Position numbers and translations under genes: made by a program
From: an uncultured Chloroflexia bacterium
Lineage (GTDB): Bacteria; Chloroflexota; Limnocylindria; Limnocylindrales; CSP1-4
Reading direction: 5' to 3'
Length of the DNA stretch: 64,000 nt
NCBI GenBank assembly: GCA_963752475.1
Contig: CAVVYR010000007.1
Location: 224,001-288,000, forward strand
Shown here: positions 1 to 10,765 of the stretch, one piece after another
Numbering within the stretch: the first letter of the stretch is position 1
Layout of the letters: each line of letters opens with the position of its first letter
Notes under the pieces: model-generated
Seen by the model: the letters and a program-made list of their open reading frames with translations, nothing else
Database searches by the model: none
Told to the model about the DNA's origin: nothing

Positions 1-747
1 GTCGTCTTCCTCCAGATGCCCGGCGTGCGCGACTCGATCCGATTCCCGTTGGACATGTACCTCAGCCAGCGCGGCTTCTACATGCCCCGGCCGGAGGTGG
101 CGCCAGACGGCCCCGCATGGCTGGTCTCGATCGTCATCGCGGTCGTCGCCTTCATCACCCTCTGGGTCGTGGCTGGCCGTCGAGAGGCGGCCGGCCGGCC
201 CACGATGGGCCTCCGCTGGATCGCCGCAGCCGTGCTCTTCGGCTTGCCGTTGCTGGTCTGGTTCCTCATCCCCGGCGGCCCGCTCGTCTTCGAGAACCCT
301 GAACTGGGAAGCTTCAACCTCAGCGGCGGCCTGCGCTTCAGCCCTGAGTTCCTGGCCTTGACCGTCGGCCTCGCGCTCTTCACCGCGGCCTTCATCGCGG
401 AGATCATCCGCGGCGGCATCCAGGCCGTGAGCAAGGGTCAGCTAGAGGCGGCGCGCACCATCGGCCTCAAGGAAGGCGAGGTCCTGCGCCTGGTCGTCCT
501 GCCGCAGGCACTGCGCATCATCATCCCGCCGCTGACGAGCCAGTACCTCAACCTGATCAAGAACTCGAGCCTCGCGCTGGCTATCGGCTATGCCGACATC
601 TTCAACATCAGCCGCACGATCTCGGAGCAGACGGGCCAGCCGGTGTCGGTGCTGGCCATCGTCATGGGCGTGTACCTCATCGTCAGCCTCGCGACCTCGG
701 TGCTCATGAACTTCTACAACCGAATGGTGCAGATCCATGAGCGGTAG
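1..747 (+). CDS. Polar amino-acid ABC transporter permease (AapQ/BztB-like), 5'-partial
   Basis: Frame open from base 1; EIIRGGIQAVSKGQLEAA (EAA loop) and LPQALRIIIPPL..NLIKNSSLA; multiple TM helices. Confidence 0.9.
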   Translation, partial: VVFLQMPGVRDSIRFPLDMYLSQRGFYMPRPEVAPDGPAWLVSIVIAVVAFITLWVVAGRREAAGRPTMGLRWIAAAVLFGLPLLVWFLIPGGPLVFENPELGSFNLSGGLRFSPEFLALTVGLALFTAAFIAEIIRGGIQAVSKGQLEAARTIGLKEGEVLRLVVLPQALRIIIPPLTSQYLNLIKNSSLALAIGYADIFNISRTISEQTGQPVSVLAIVMGVYLIVSLATSVLMNFYNRMVQIHER

Positions 748-1963
748 CCCCGACACCGGCGCCATGCCAGCGCCCGAGGAGGTCCGGCCGCCGAGCACCG
801 AGGTCGGCGTCGTCGGCTGGCTGCACCACAACCTCTTCAGCAGCAAGCTCAGCGGGCTTCTGACCATCATCGTCGGGCTGCTGGTTGCGGCCGTCATCTA
901 CGGGCTAGCCCAGTGGATCATCTTCTCCGCCAACTGGAGTGTCATCACCGAGAACATGCGCCTGTTCCTGGTGGGCCGCTATCCGCCGGAGGAGATCTGG
1001 CGCGTGTGGGTGGCGCTGACGCTGCTGTCGGCCGCTACCGGACTCTCCGCCGGTTCGTCGAGCAGTGGCGCGGTGCGCATGCTGGCGATGATGCTGATGG
1101 TCGGCCAGCTCCTGCTGGCAGCGCTCATCCTTGTCTCGGACCTGGGCATCGCTGCTGCGGGCGCGCTTGTCGTCGGCGCTGCGGTGGTCTACGTCTTCAT
1201 GCTCGCGGCCCGGCGCTTCCCGGTCCGACGCCTGTGGATCTCGCTGGTCTGGCTCGGCGCGGCGGTGGCCATGGTGCTGCTGCTGGCCGGCTTGGGAGGG
1301 GCTGGCCTGACCGCTGTCTCGTCGAACCTTTGGGGCGGCCTGCTACTCACGATGGTGCTCTCGATCGCGGGCATCCTGCTGTCGTTCCCCCTCGGTGTGG
1401 CCCTCGCCATCGGGCGGCAGAGCCGGCTGCCGGTGGTGCGCGTCGTCTCGATCGCCTACATCGAGATCATCCGTGCCGTGCCGCTCATCAGCATCCTCTT
1501 CATGGCCCAGTTCCTGTTCCCGCTGGTGCTGCCTGACGGCCTGCGCATCGACAACGTCATCCGCGCCATCGGCGGCATCACGCTCTTCAGCGCGGCCTAC
1601 GTGGCGGAGAACGTCCGCGGTGGCCTCCAGGCCATCCCCAGGGGCCAGCACGAGGCGGCGTTCGCGGTCGGCCTGCGGACGTGGCAGACGACGATCTTCA
1701 TCGTCCTGCCGCAGGCGCTGCGGATCACCATCCCGGCCAACGTGGGGCTGTTCATCAGCCTGCTCAAGGACACCACGCTGGCCTACATCATCGGCCTGCT
1801 CGAGCTGCTCGGCATCGGTCGCGCGGTCCTGGCCAACCCCGAATACCTGGGCACCCAGTTCGAGGTCTACAGCTTCATCGCGGTAGTCTTCTTCGTCCTC
1901 AGCTATGCCCTCAGCCAAGCCAGCTATCGACTCGAAAAGGAACTAGGGATCGGTGAACGATGA
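737..1963 (+). CDS. Polar amino-acid ABC transporter permease (AapM/BztC-like)
   Basis: [30 protein letters not shown] motif; overlaps upstream stop. Confidence 0.92.
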   Translation: MSGSPDTGAMPAPEEVRPPSTEVGVVGWLHHNLFSSKLSGLLTIIVGLLVAAVIYGLAQWIIFSANWSVITENMRLFLVGRYPPEEIWRVWVALTLLSAATGLSAGSSSSGAVRMLAMMLMVGQLLLAALILVSDLGIAAAGALVVGAAVVYVFMLAARRFPVRRLWISLVWLGAAVAMVLLLAGLGGAGLTAVSSNLWGGLLLTMVLSIAGILLSFPLGVALAIGRQSRLPVVRVVSIAYIEIIRAVPLISILFMAQFLFPLVLPDGLRIDNVIRAIGGITLFSAAYVAENVRGGLQAIPRGQHEAAFAVGLRTWQTTIFIVLPQALRITIPANVGLFISLLKDTTLAYIIGLLELLGIGRAVLANPEYLGTQFEVYSFIAVVFFVLSYALSQASYRLEKELGIGER

Positions 1964-2787
1964 GTGAGCCTCTGCAGAGCAACGAGCCCGAAGTCAAGGG
2001 CATCACGACCAAGCCTCGGGATGTGACGCGGACACCGCCCGGCCCCGACGCCGAGGACATCGTGGTGTGCAAGAACGTGCACAAGTGGTTCGGAGAGCTG
2101 CACGTGCTCAACGACATCAATATCAACATCAAGTCGGGCGAGGTGCTCGTCATCGCGGGCCCCTCGGGCTCGGGCAAGTCGACCTGGATCCGCTGCATCA
2201 ACCGGCTCGAGGAGCACCAGCGCGGCGACATCATCATCGACGGCATCGAGCTCTCCAACGACATCCGCAACATCGCTGCCATCCGCTCCGAGATCGGCAT
2301 GGTCTTCCAGCAGTTCAACCTGTTCCCGCACCTCTCGGTGCTGCAGAACATCACCCTGGGACCGATCCGGGTGCGCAAGATCAGGCGCGAAGAAGCGGAG
2401 GAGCGTGCCATGCAGCTGCTCAACCGCGTGGGCATCCCCGAGCAGGCCATGAAATATCCGGCACAGCTGTCGGGTGGTCAGCAGCAGCGTGTGGCCATCG
2501 CGCGGGCCCTGGCCATGGACCCCAAGATCATGCTCTTCGATGAGCCCACATCGGCGCTGGACCCGGAGATGATCTCCGAGGTGCTCGATGTCATGCGCGA
2601 GCTGGCCGAGTCCGGCATGACCATGCTCTGCGTGACGCACGAGATGGGCTTCGCCAAGGCCGCCGCCGACCGCATGGTCTTCTTCGACTTCGGCCAGATC
2701 GTGGAAACGGGTACGCCCGAGCAGATCTTCGACGATCCGCAGCACGACCGCACCAAGCTCTTCCTGAGCCAGATCCTGACTCACTAG
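1960..2787 (+). CDS. Amino-acid ABC transporter ATP-binding protein (GlnQ/AapP family)
   Basis: Walker [17 protein letters not shown] signature, Walker [17 protein letters not shown]. Confidence 0.96.
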   Translation: MSEPLQSNEPEVKGITTKPRDVTRTPPGPDAEDIVVCKNVHKWFGELHVLNDININIKSGEVLVIAGPSGSGKSTWIRCINRLEEHQRGDIIIDGIELSNDIRNIAAIRSEIGMVFQQFNLFPHLSVLQNITLGPIRVRKIRREEAEERAMQLLNRVGIPEQAMKYPAQLSGGQQQRVAIARALAMDPKIMLFDEPTSALDPEMISEVLDVMRELAESGMTMLCVTHEMGFAKAAADRMVFFDFGQIVETGTPEQIFDDPQHDRTKLFLSQILTH

Positions 2788-2807
2788 CGGGAGCGCCTCG
2801 GTCCACC

Positions 2808-3018
2808 CGCTACCCAGCGGGCGGGTCACCGAGCCGGGGCTGGCCGCCGTTCTCCGCTGTTTCACCCAACACAGGGGTCAGGCGACGAAATCCGCCGTCG
2901 TTCCACCTCCGGGTGGGTGAAACGGCATACCTCAGCCACGTGCTTCGTCCAGTGACCCACGGGGCGGGTCGGCGTTGACTAGCCGCGCTGATGGCTCCAA
3001 GACGACCCACCGCGGGTC
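2808..3018. repeat. Intergenic palindromic (REP-like) cluster
   Basis: GTTTCACCCA (2859-2868) / TGGGTGAAAC (2914-2923) inverted pair; unit tcgtccagtgacccacggggcgggtcggc matches the 43.5-kb repeat unit at 25/29 positions. Confidence 0.5.
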
Positions 3019-3058
3019 CGCGCCCGAGCCATTCGACCCTTGACCGTGCGGGCCCGGC

Positions 3059-3721
3059 ATGAAGATGATGGCTGGGGAATCACGCATGGACAAGCGATCG
3101 ATGTGGACCGCGCTCCTGGCGCTCGCGGCGACGGTGTCCCTGACGGGCTGCGCCCTGTTGGATGAGCTTGACCCGGGGCCGCGGTCGATGCCAGCCGACG
3201 GCCGTGTCGAGGCGCCCCAGGCGGGCATCGCGCTGGCATTCCCGGATGGCTGGCTGCTCGAGTCGCGCCCGACCATCGACGGCGTCGGAGTGGCCTCTTC
3301 CCTCGGTCCTGCCGAGCGAGCCCTGCTGGTCCCCCTGGTTGCGGCCATGCCCGGACACCGTCACGACCGATGCCTGGCCGTGGACGCCACCCGGATGGTG
3401 CAAGCATGGTCGGAGCGACCGGCGCTCGATGAGGTGGTGGACCGGTTCGTGACCAGCCTGGGGGTCGACCGTCGCTGGGTCGGACTCGAGTCGACGCTCA
3501 TCGACCTGCCCACGAGTCGTGCCGGGCGCATCCTGCGGGAGCGGGTCGGCGAGTCAGAGAGCGTGAGCCTCTGGATCTTCACGCAGTCCGACGCATGGTT
3601 CTACCTCGAGTGCGTCAACCACTCGAGGCTCGCAGAAGACTGGCGATCCATCGCCCAGACGGTCGAGTTCCTGCCTGCGTCAGACGCCTCCTCACCGGGC
3701 GCGACTCCGACCCTCTCATGA
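3059..3721 (+). CDS. Hypothetical lipoprotein
   Basis: Hydrophobic signal ending LTGC lipobox; true start may be ATG 3086. Confidence 0.6.
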   Translation: MKMMAGESRMDKRSMWTALLALAATVSLTGCALLDELDPGPRSMPADGRVEAPQAGIALAFPDGWLLESRPTIDGVGVASSLGPAERALLVPLVAAMPGHRHDRCLAVDATRMVQAWSERPALDEVVDRFVTSLGVDRRWVGLESTLIDLPTSRAGRILRERVGESESVSLWIFTQSDAWFYLECVNHSRLAEDWRSIAQTVEFLPASDASSPGATPTLS

Positions 3722-3774
3722 TCGCCGCCGATGGCAGGCGCATGCCGTGCCCGTCGCGGCGAGACCGATCGGCT

Positions 3775-4521
3775 TCAGCGAAGGGCGCCGTCGGCTCGAT
3801 CGAAGACGGGCAGGAGTTCCCGTACGAGCTGCGCCGAGCTGGCCGCGGCCGCATCGATGAAGGCGTTGAAGTCGTCGAGTGAGTCCTCGCCGGCGCGATC
3901 GGACAGCGCCCGGACCACGAGCCAGGGCACGCCGAACCGTTCGGCCACACCGCACAGGGCTGAGCCTTCCATCTCGATGGCCAGGCCATCCCACTCGCCC
4001 GCAAGCTCGTCACGCTCCTTCGGTGAGGCCAGGTAGGCGTCGGTCGTGAGGATCGTGCCCAGCGTGGCCTCCAGACCGGAGTCGGCGAGACGCCCGCGAA
4101 CCCGCTCGAGCAGCGGCTCGGGCAGCTGGTAGCCAGGATCCGGCTTCTCCTCGGGGATGGGCAGCACGCCCGGCTGGTAGACGATGCGACCCTCCGGCGT
4201 GAGCCTGCCGTAGTCGATGTCGATGAGCCGAGCAGCGATGACGATGTCACCGATGCTCGCGTCTGCCGACAGCCCGCCCGCGACGCCGCTGAGCACGAGC
4301 GCCCGGCAACCGAGTCGTTCGACCATGAGCGTGGCCGTGATGGCGGCCTTGACCTTGCCCACGCCAGCGGCGGCGATGACGACCTCGTGGCCGTCGAGCA
4401 CGCCCCGGCGCGCCTCGATGCCCGGATGGGGCAGGGGAGCGGGGTCGCCGATGGCCGCCAGCAGTAGCTCCTGCTCCTGCGGCAGCGCGCACATGATGCC
4501 GATGGGTCCGTCGGTAGTCAT
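3775..4521 (-). CDS. mtnN: 5'-methylthioadenosine/S-adenosylhomocysteine nucleosidase
   Basis: GIMCALPQE, GVGKVKAA, SGVAGG, IEMEGSA, VRALSD motifs. Confidence 0.9.
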   Translation of the reverse strand: MTTDGPIGIMCALPQEQELLLAAIGDPAPLPHPGIEARRGVLDGHEVVIAAAGVGKVKAAITATLMVERLGCRALVLSGVAGGLSADASIGDIVIAARLIDIDYGRLTPEGRIVYQPGVLPIPEEKPDPGYQLPEPLLERVRGRLADSGLEATLGTILTTDAYLASPKERDELAGEWDGLAIEMEGSALCGVAERFGVPWLVVRALSDRAGEDSLDDFNAFIDAAAASSAQLVRELLPVFDRADGALR

Positions 4522-4583
4522 GGCCGGATGCTAGTCGATGCGTCCGGGCGTCAGGTCACGGCTCGTCGCGCTAGGCTCTGGCC

Positions 4584-5627
4584 GTGACACGATCGGTCCC
4601 GCGACCCGGCATGCCTGCGCCCATCGCCTCGATGCATACGCGCATGTCGCGCGAGCAGCGCAGATCGCTCGTAGCCCTTCAGCGCAGTCGCTGGGGCCGG
4701 CACCACCGGTTGGCCACGACGTTCGTGCGCGAGATCTTCGACGACGACCTGCTCGGGCTCGCCGCGGAGCTGTCCTACCGCTGGCTGTTCGCGCTGTTCC
4801 CGGTGATGATCATGCTCGTGGCCATGAGCCGCTGGGCGGCCGAGAGCCTGTCGGTCACCGACCCTACCGATGCGCTCATCGAAGCCGTCGGTCAGCAGCT
4901 ACCGGCTGAGGCCACCGAGCTCATCCGCCCGCAGCTCGAGACCGTCATCGGGGAAGGGAGCCTGGCGCTCTTCTCGCTCGGCCTGCTCTTCACCGCGTAC
5001 GCCGCATCGTCGGGCATGAAGGCGTTGATCAAGGCCCTGAACCGGGCCTACGACCTGACCGAGGTCCGCTCGTTCGGGCGCCGGCTGTTCATCGCCTTCG
5101 CCCTCACGTTGCTGCTCGCGACGAGCGTGGTCGTGTTCTTCGTGCTGCTGCTGGGCGGTCAGCAGGTGACCCACGACCTGGCCCGATCAGCGGGCTTCGG
5201 CGACGTCTCCATCGAGGTCTTCGAACTGGTGCGCTACCCGCTGTCCGTGCTGGCGCTGGCCATCGCGTCGGGATTCCTCTACTGGGCAGCGCCGGCCACC
5301 AAGGTGCGGCCTCGCTCGGTCCTCCCGGGTGTGCTGCTGTTCGTGCCTTGCTGGATCGGCATGACGCTCGGCTTCGGCCTCTACATCACCGAGTTCAGCT
5401 CGTATGGGGAGACCTACGGGAGCGTCAGCGGGATCATCATCCTGCTGCTGTGGCTCTACTTCGTGGCGCTCATCCTCCTCCTCGGCGGTGAGCTCAACGC
5501 CACCATCGGGCAGTACTTCGAGGCGCAGCAGGAGCGCAAGGCACGGCTCGCGGCACGGAGGCAGGAGCTGATCGCAGAGCGCGCGGCCGCACGCGCTGAC
5601 GCGACGCCGGGCGGTTGGCCGGGGTAG
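4584..5627 (+). CDS. YihY/BrkB family inner-membrane protein
   Basis: AAELSYRWLFALFP, LNRAY, YGSVSGIIILLLWLY..LLGGELNA. Confidence 0.9.
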   Translation: MTRSVPRPGMPAPIASMHTRMSREQRRSLVALQRSRWGRHHRLATTFVREIFDDDLLGLAAELSYRWLFALFPVMIMLVAMSRWAAESLSVTDPTDALIEAVGQQLPAEATELIRPQLETVIGEGSLALFSLGLLFTAYAASSGMKALIKALNRAYDLTEVRSFGRRLFIAFALTLLLATSVVVFFVLLLGGQQVTHDLARSAGFGDVSIEVFELVRYPLSVLALAIASGFLYWAAPATKVRPRSVLPGVLLFVPCWIGMTLGFGLYITEFSSYGETYGSVSGIIILLLWLYFVALILLLGGELNATIGQYFEAQQERKARLAARRQELIAERAAARADATPGGWPG

Positions 5628-5697
5628 GGCGGCCCGTCCTCACCGGCGCACATCTGAGAGACTCAAGGGACGACGGTTGAAGCCGAAGGGGGGTTGG

Positions 5698-7281
5698 ATG
5701 AAGCGAGCGATCGTGGTGGTGCTGGCGATGATGCTGCTGGCGCCCGCGGGGGCGACGGCCCAGACCGATGACCCATGGGCCCAGGTCCGCAGCCTGGTCC
5801 CGACGAACCTTGATCTCGAGTGCGAGGACTACGGCGCTCGCGAGATGTGGAAGCTCGTCGGTTCGACCGTCGCCGCGGTGCGGTGCGACTACCTCGGCTC
5901 CGAGAAGGTCACCGACTTCTCGCTCTTCCTCTTCGATGAGGAGTGGGGCCTGCGCGACCTCTGGAAGCAGCGCAAGAAGCAGCGCGTCGGGAAGGCGACC
6001 GGCGGCTGCGCCGACAATCGAGCCGGCATGATGCGGACCGACCGAGGCGAGCTCATCTGCTACAAGAGCGGCGGCAAGGCGCGGATCCGCTGGATCGACG
6101 AGGAGTTCCTGACGTATGGCGCGCTCGACACCGATTGGGGGCGGATCGACTACGCCTATGACTGGTGGCAGAAGAACCTCGAGCCCGTGCCCTCGAGCGC
6201 GACCCGGCCCCAGCGGCCGTGGGAGCTGCGCGCCGATGATCCGATCGACGTCGCGTTCCAGCCCGCGGACCAGGCGTTCGACGGGTTCCGCGGGGTGCTT
6301 GTCGATGCGCTCGCCGAGACCCGCGGGCGACTCGCCGCTGCGTCCGAATGGATCGAAGACCCTGACTGGTATCTCGAGCGTACCCCTGACTCCGGTGTCG
6401 TCGGGTTCCGCCTCTCGCGCCTGGGGGACCACGCTGCGCTGCTCGCGGATCCCGGGTTCGCCGCGCGGGCCGACCTGCTCGATGACCCGGTCAACGCCTG
6501 GGACACGGAGTTCGCCCTGGCTCTGGGGTTCATCCGCGATGAGGCGGGTGCCGGTGACCCGACCGAGGCGGCCGAGCGGCTGGCCGCGACACTGCCCCAA
6601 TCCAGCGAACACAAGAAGCAGTTGCTCCAGGTCGAGCGCAAGGCGTTCCGTGCCGACCGCGACCAGCTCGTCGAAGCCATCGACGAGTACGACGCTGTGC
6701 TGGCGGGGATCGGCATCGAGCCCGCGCCGGTCGCGGCCGCTGACGTGGCGCCGACGTCACCCGTCCTGGCGGACGATCCGATCGGTCTGGTCATGGCCTT
6801 CCGTGATGAGCTGGTCGCCGACCGCGCCGCGGTCCACGAGCGCATCAGCAGCTGCCGCACCGCCATCGACGATGAGATGATCGCGGCCTTCGGTGCGCCC
6901 GATGGTCTCGATGTCGTCACGACGCTCGATCTGGAGGCATGGCCCGGCTACACCTACTTCTTCGAGTACTTGCGAGAGCGTGCCGTGGGCTGGGCGGCCT
7001 TCGAGCCGTGGGCGGCGCAGGACACGTCGCTTCGAGCCGCGCTGGCTCGGTTCCAGCGTTGGCAGGACTGGCCTGGGGGGCTGATGCGGACCATCGCGGA
7101 TAAGGACGTCGTCGAGCGCTTCGACTTCCCCACCGCCAAGGAGGACCGCGCGATCTGTCGCCCGGAGATCGAGGTGCTGCAGCCCGAGCGAGATCGGCTG
7201 GACACGGCCATCGCCGCGCTCGACGAGTACCTCACGCTGCTCGCGATCGACGCCGAGCCGACACCCGAGCCCGACGCCTGA
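5698..7281 (+). CDS. Secreted hypothetical protein; Pro/Thr/Glu tail continues out of frame to TAG 7450
   Basis: Signal peptide [21 protein letters not shown]; Cys-containing N-domain ending YDWW; one extra base at 7270-7273 relative to the downstream repeat units. Confidence 0.7.
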   Translation: MKRAIVVVLAMMLLAPAGATAQTDDPWAQVRSLVPTNLDLECEDYGAREMWKLVGSTVAAVRCDYLGSEKVTDFSLFLFDEEWGLRDLWKQRKKQRVGKATGGCADNRAGMMRTDRGELICYKSGGKARIRWIDEEFLTYGALDTDWGRIDYAYDWWQKNLEPVPSSATRPQRPWELRADDPIDVAFQPADQAFDGFRGVLVDALAETRGRLAAASEWIEDPDWYLERTPDSGVVGFRLSRLGDHAALLADPGFAARADLLDDPVNAWDTEFALALGFIRDEAGAGDPTEAAERLAATLPQSSEHKKQLLQVERKAFRADRDQLVEAIDEYDAVLAGIGIEPAPVAAADVAPTSPVLADDPIGLVMAFRDELVADRAAVHERISSCRTAIDDEMIAAFGAPDGLDVVTTLDLEAWPGYTYFFEYLRERAVGWAAFEPWAAQDTSLRAALARFQRWQDWPGGLMRTIADKDVVERFDFPTAKEDRAICRPEIEVLQPERDRLDTAIAALDEYLTLLAIDAEPTPEPDA

Positions 7282-7360
7282 GCCGACACCCGAGCCCACG
7301 CCTGCGCCGACACCCGAGCCCACGCCTGCGCCGACACCCGAGCCCACGCCTGAGCCGACG
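7257..7360 (+). repeat. 24-bp coding tandem repeat (PTPEPTP[E/A])
   Basis: gccgacacccgagcccacgcctg(a/c) about 4 copies. Confidence 0.85.
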
Positions 7361-7516
7361 CCCGTCCCGACCGCGACGCCCGAGCCCGAGCTGACCCCCG
7401 AACCCGAGCCGACCGAGTCGCTGGCCCCGAACCCGTTCGCCGACCTCTAGCGACCTGGCGCTGATGACCGTCGCTCCCGATCCGCGTATCGTCTGCGACC
7501 CGAGGGGTCTCTACCG

Positions 7517-8248
7517 ATGACGCGTTTCGTGCCGTTCTTCATCGCGCTGCTTGCGGCCTCGCTCCTGGTCGCGAGCCTGCCGGTGCCTGCCGCCGGCGCG
7601 AGCGTCAACAGGAACGATTGCTCCAAGCCGTACTGGAACAGCCGCACGACCCCGCCTCCGAGCATCCGCGTGGGCATCACCGGCCGGCACGACGATGTCT
7701 CGGCCACGAGAGTCAAGCGCATCAAGACCGTGCCCTTCAAGCGCTACGTGAAGACCGTCATGCGCGTCGAGTTCCCGGGCTGGATCGCCAAGAAACGGAA
7801 GGGCGGCTCGGCCTACATCGCGGCCGGTGCGATCGCGGCCAAGCAGTACGCCTGGTACTGGGCGACACGGAAGCCCCGCTATCGCTTCGGCGGCACGTGC
7901 TTCGACGTCTACGACAACGTCCGAGACCAGGTCTACGACCCGCGGGTGAAGCAGTCCGCCGCGGCCGAGGCCCGAACGAGCGCCGCGGTCGATTCCACCT
8001 GGAAGCGGATCATCCGCCGCCGGACGCGCGGTGGTGGGTCCGAGTTCGTGCTGCCGTTCTACCTGCACGATCGATCCAGGGCCGCCGGCGTCTGTGGTGG
8101 CACGCCGCCTGGCTACAAGCGCGGGTATCGCATGTTCCGCGGCAATGCCCTCAAGTGCGCCAAGCGAGGCAAGGGTCCGAACGCGATCCTCGTGCGCTCC
8201 TATACCCCGAGAGCGACCCGCCAGGCCTTCGTCGTCATCCCGCGCTGA
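7517..8248 (+). CDS. Secreted SpoIID/LytB-like domain protein
   Basis: Signal peptide; VPFKRYVKTVMRVEF..AGAIAAKQYAWY..DVYDNVRDQVY resembles the SpoIID core. Confidence 0.6.
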   Translation: MTRFVPFFIALLAASLLVASLPVPAAGASVNRNDCSKPYWNSRTTPPPSIRVGITGRHDDVSATRVKRIKTVPFKRYVKTVMRVEFPGWIAKKRKGGSAYIAAGAIAAKQYAWYWATRKPRYRFGGTCFDVYDNVRDQVYDPRVKQSAAAEARTSAAVDSTWKRIIRRRTRGGGSEFVLPFYLHDRSRAAGVCGGTPPGYKRGYRMFRGNALKCAKRGKGPNAILVRSYTPRATRQAFVVIPR

Positions 8249-8302
8249 CGCTCCCTCACTGCCGCTGATCCACTCAGACCGTTCGGGAGCTCGGCGGTGG
8301 TC

Positions 8303-8330
8303 ATATACGGTACATATATGTATCGGATAT
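8303..8330. promoter_or_regulatory. Probable TetR operator overlapping -10 (TATCAT 8328-8333)
   Basis: ATATACGGTACATA/TATGTATCGGATAT, 12/14 inverted repeat, AT-rich, directly upstream of tetR. Confidence 0.7.
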
Positions 8331-8339
8331 CATGAGCCC

Positions 8340-8966
8340 ATGACGACACCCTTGCCGATCTCGCCCGTCCGGGACCGGCCGCGACCGCGAGGACGGCCAC
8401 GCAGCAGCGCCGTGGATGCAGCGATCCTGCAGGCGACGATGCGCTGCCTCGCGCGCGACGGCTACCAGGAGCTGACCCTGTCCGCGGTGGCGAAGGACGC
8501 TGGTGTCGGGCGCGCCGCCATCTACCGTCGCTACGGCTCGAAGTCGGAGCTGGCCGCGGACGCGCTGCTGCACGTCTCGGAGACCGAGCCGACCGAGCTG
8601 CCGTACGACACGCGCGATGCGCTGCGTTCGCTCCTCGGTGCCGCGGGGGCGGCATTGTCCGATCCGGGCGCCCTGACCATCATCGGCTCCCTGCTGGCAC
8701 AGGGTCCCCGTGAGCCGGAGCTCTACGGCGTCCTGCGACGGGTCATCTTCGAGCCGCGTCGCGAGGTCGTGACCGTGGTCCTGACGTCTGGGATCGAGCG
8801 CGGCGATGTGCGCACCGATGTGGACACCGAGGTCGTCGTCGACCTGCTGTTCGGCGCGCTACTCGCACGAGCCACGGACCAGCAGCCCATCACCGACGGC
8901 TGGATCGACCGCGTCCTCGAGGGCGTGTGGCCGGCCATCAAGGGCAATGGAGTAGCACACGCATGA
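8340..8966 (+). CDS. TetR/AcrR family transcriptional regulator
   Basis: RGRPRS..AILQAT..GYQELTLSAVAKDAGVGRAAIYRRYGSK HTH; start reassigned to ATG 8340. Confidence 0.92.
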   Translation: MTTPLPISPVRDRPRPRGRPRSSAVDAAILQATMRCLARDGYQELTLSAVAKDAGVGRAAIYRRYGSKSELAADALLHVSETEPTELPYDTRDALRSLLGAAGAALSDPGALTIIGSLLAQGPREPELYGVLRRVIFEPRREVVTVVLTSGIERGDVRTDVDTEVVVDLLFGALLARATDQQPITDGWIDRVLEGVWPAIKGNGVAHA

Positions 8967-9835
8967 ATGGTCCCATCGTCGTCACCGGCGCCCTCGGCAA
9001 CGTAGGCTCGGCCGTGGTGGAGCACTTGCTCGGCCGGAGCGCCTCCGTGCGCGCGGTGGACATCCACCCTGACGCGCTGACGGCGCGCTTCGGCTCGGAC
9101 CTCGAGGTCGCCAGGCTCGACTTCGGGGAACCAGCCAGCTTCGCCCCCGTGCTCGATGGCGCGAGGAAGGTCTTCCTCATCCGACCCCCGGCCATCAGCC
9201 GCGTGGGACCGACGCTCAACCGCTTCCTCGATGACGCCGCCGAGGCCGGCGTCGAGCACGTCGTCTTCAGCTCGGTCGCGGGCGCGGACACCAACCGGGT
9301 CGTGCCCCATCACCGCGTCGAGCAGCACCTCTTCGCAGGCGATCTCGCTTGGACCATCCTGCGGCCCGGCTTCTTCAGCCAGAACATCGGCAGCGCCTAT
9401 CGACAGGACATCGTGGAGGACGACCGCATCTTCATCCCCGCGGGGGAGGGCAAGGTCGCCTTCATCGACGCGCGCGACATCGGCGAGGTGGCCGCAGTGG
9501 CCCTGACCGAGGACGGCCACCAAGGTCAGGCCTACCATCTCACCGGGCCCCAGGCGCAGACGATCGAGGAGGTCGCGGCGGTCATGTCCGAGGTCCTGGG
9601 TCGGACGATCAGGTACGAGCCGGCGTCGGCCTTCGGCTACTTCCGCCACCTCCGCGGACAGGGGCTGGTGGTGGTCCAGGCGGTGGTGCAGACGATCCTC
9701 CACGTCGGACTGCGCAAGGGTGATGCCGAGCCGGTGACCGACACCATCGAGCGACTGCTCGGCCGGCCGGCCCGGAGTGTGCAGGAGTACGTGACCGACC
9801 ACGCGGACCTCTGGGCTCAAGACTCCAAGGGCTGA
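8963..9835 (+). CDS. NmrA-like / atypical SDR NAD(P)H-binding protein
   Basis: VTGALGNVG, WTILRPGFFSQN, FIDARDIGEVAA; ATGA overlap with tetR. Confidence 0.9.
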   Translation: MNGPIVVTGALGNVGSAVVEHLLGRSASVRAVDIHPDALTARFGSDLEVARLDFGEPASFAPVLDGARKVFLIRPPAISRVGPTLNRFLDDAAEAGVEHVVFSSVAGADTNRVVPHHRVEQHLFAGDLAWTILRPGFFSQNIGSAYRQDIVEDDRIFIPAGEGKVAFIDARDIGEVAAVALTEDGHQGQAYHLTGPQAQTIEEVAAVMSEVLGRTIRYEPASAFGYFRHLRGQGLVVVQAVVQTILHVGLRKGDAEPVTDTIERLLGRPARSVQEYVTDHADLWAQDSKG

Positions 9836-9992
9836 TATGCGTCGTTGTACGGGGTCGGATGATGACACCGACCCCACGTGGAGACCAGCGAGTGGCTAGC
9901 GACAGGTCCGACCCAAGCGATATGCGTCGTAGCACGGGGTCGGATGATGACATCGACCCCACGGGGAGACCAGCGAGTGGATAGCGACAGGT
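9834..9992. repeat. 74-bp direct repeat x2 (period 85) with internal hairpin
   Basis: Copies 9834-9907 and 9919-9992, 5 mismatches; each holds GGGGTCGG-atgatgaca-(C/T)CGACCCC. Confidence 0.85.
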
Positions 9993-10253
9993 GGACGATA
10001 GCGGCACGGCCGCGAACAAAGGTGACCGAGAGATGTCGAGGAGGTCCCCAGACCGACTGAACTTGATGCCGGCCCCCCGACCCTTGGCCGTGACGCTTCG
10101 TCCTGCCGAGTGTGATGCCCACAGGACGATGGTCTCTACGAGCTGCTACGTGCCGCCCCAACGGGAGTCGTGGCCGATTTCTCGGCGTCGTCCGAGAGCG
10201 TGCGGTCGCTTGGCGCAGGGAAGTCGGGTCGAGCTCACGTATGCTCACGACAG

Positions 10254-10646
10254 ATGAGTTCGAACGAGAAGACCAAGGGGCCGGTGCGAGGCTGGGTCCG
10301 GCCCGGCGCGCGTCGCGGTCGCTGGATCGAGCCGTTCGTATTGCTGCTCATCGCCGAAGGACCGATCCACGGGTACTCGGTCATCAGCCAGCTGAACAAG
10401 CTCGGTCTCAACTCCGACGGCGTCGACGTCGGGATGGTCTACCGCACACTGCGAGAGCTCGAGGCCGAGGGCCTTGTCAGCACGAAGTGGGGCCTCGAGG
10501 AGGGACCGCCGAAGCGCGAGTACCAGCTCACCGCGAATGGGCAGGAGTCACTCGATGAGTGGGTCGCGGTGATGATCGAGCGTCGACGCCTCATCAAGAC
10601 GTTCCTTGAGCGGCGTCGTCGGATCGGAGGACCCGAGGAGGGCTGA
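10254..10646 (+). CDS. PadR family transcriptional regulator (copy 1)
   Basis: EPFVLLLIAEGPIHGY..GMVYRTLRELEAEGLV..KREYQLTANG; start reassigned to ATG 10254. Confidence 0.92.
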   Translation: MSSNEKTKGPVRGWVRPGARRGRWIEPFVLLLIAEGPIHGYSVISQLNKLGLNSDGVDVGMVYRTLRELEAEGLVSTKWGLEEGPPKREYQLTANGQESLDEWVAVMIERRRLIKTFLERRRRIGGPEEG

Positions 10647-10714
10647 CACGGATCCGGCGGGAGTGCCTTGGGCCTTGCTGCCACCGGCCTGGAACTCCGG
10701 ACTCGACGGATCAT

Positions 10715-10765
10715 GGGCCCTTCGGCCCTTGCCGATCCGTTCGTACAACGTATGCTATTAGCATA
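10715..10765 (+). promoter_or_regulatory. Putative promoter with GGGCCCTTCGGCCC box, -35 TTGCCG and palindrome TATGCTATTAGCATA over -10
   Basis: Perfect 7-1-7 palindrome 10751-10765; same architecture at 17947-17997 and on the minus strand at 17696-17747. Confidence 0.7.

Noticed and set aside
2859-2923. parS site
   Set aside because: GTTTCAC and GTGAAAC halves are about 50 bp apart, not a 16-bp parS; treated as a hairpin repeat.
7279-7281. Selenocysteine or stop read-through at TGA
   Set aside because: The downstream repeat is coding in a different frame; a 1-bp indel explains it.
9834-9992. CRISPR or SECIS interpretation of the 85-bp period repeat
   Set aside because: Only two copies with an 11-bp gap; no upstream ORF with a plausible in-frame Sec codon.
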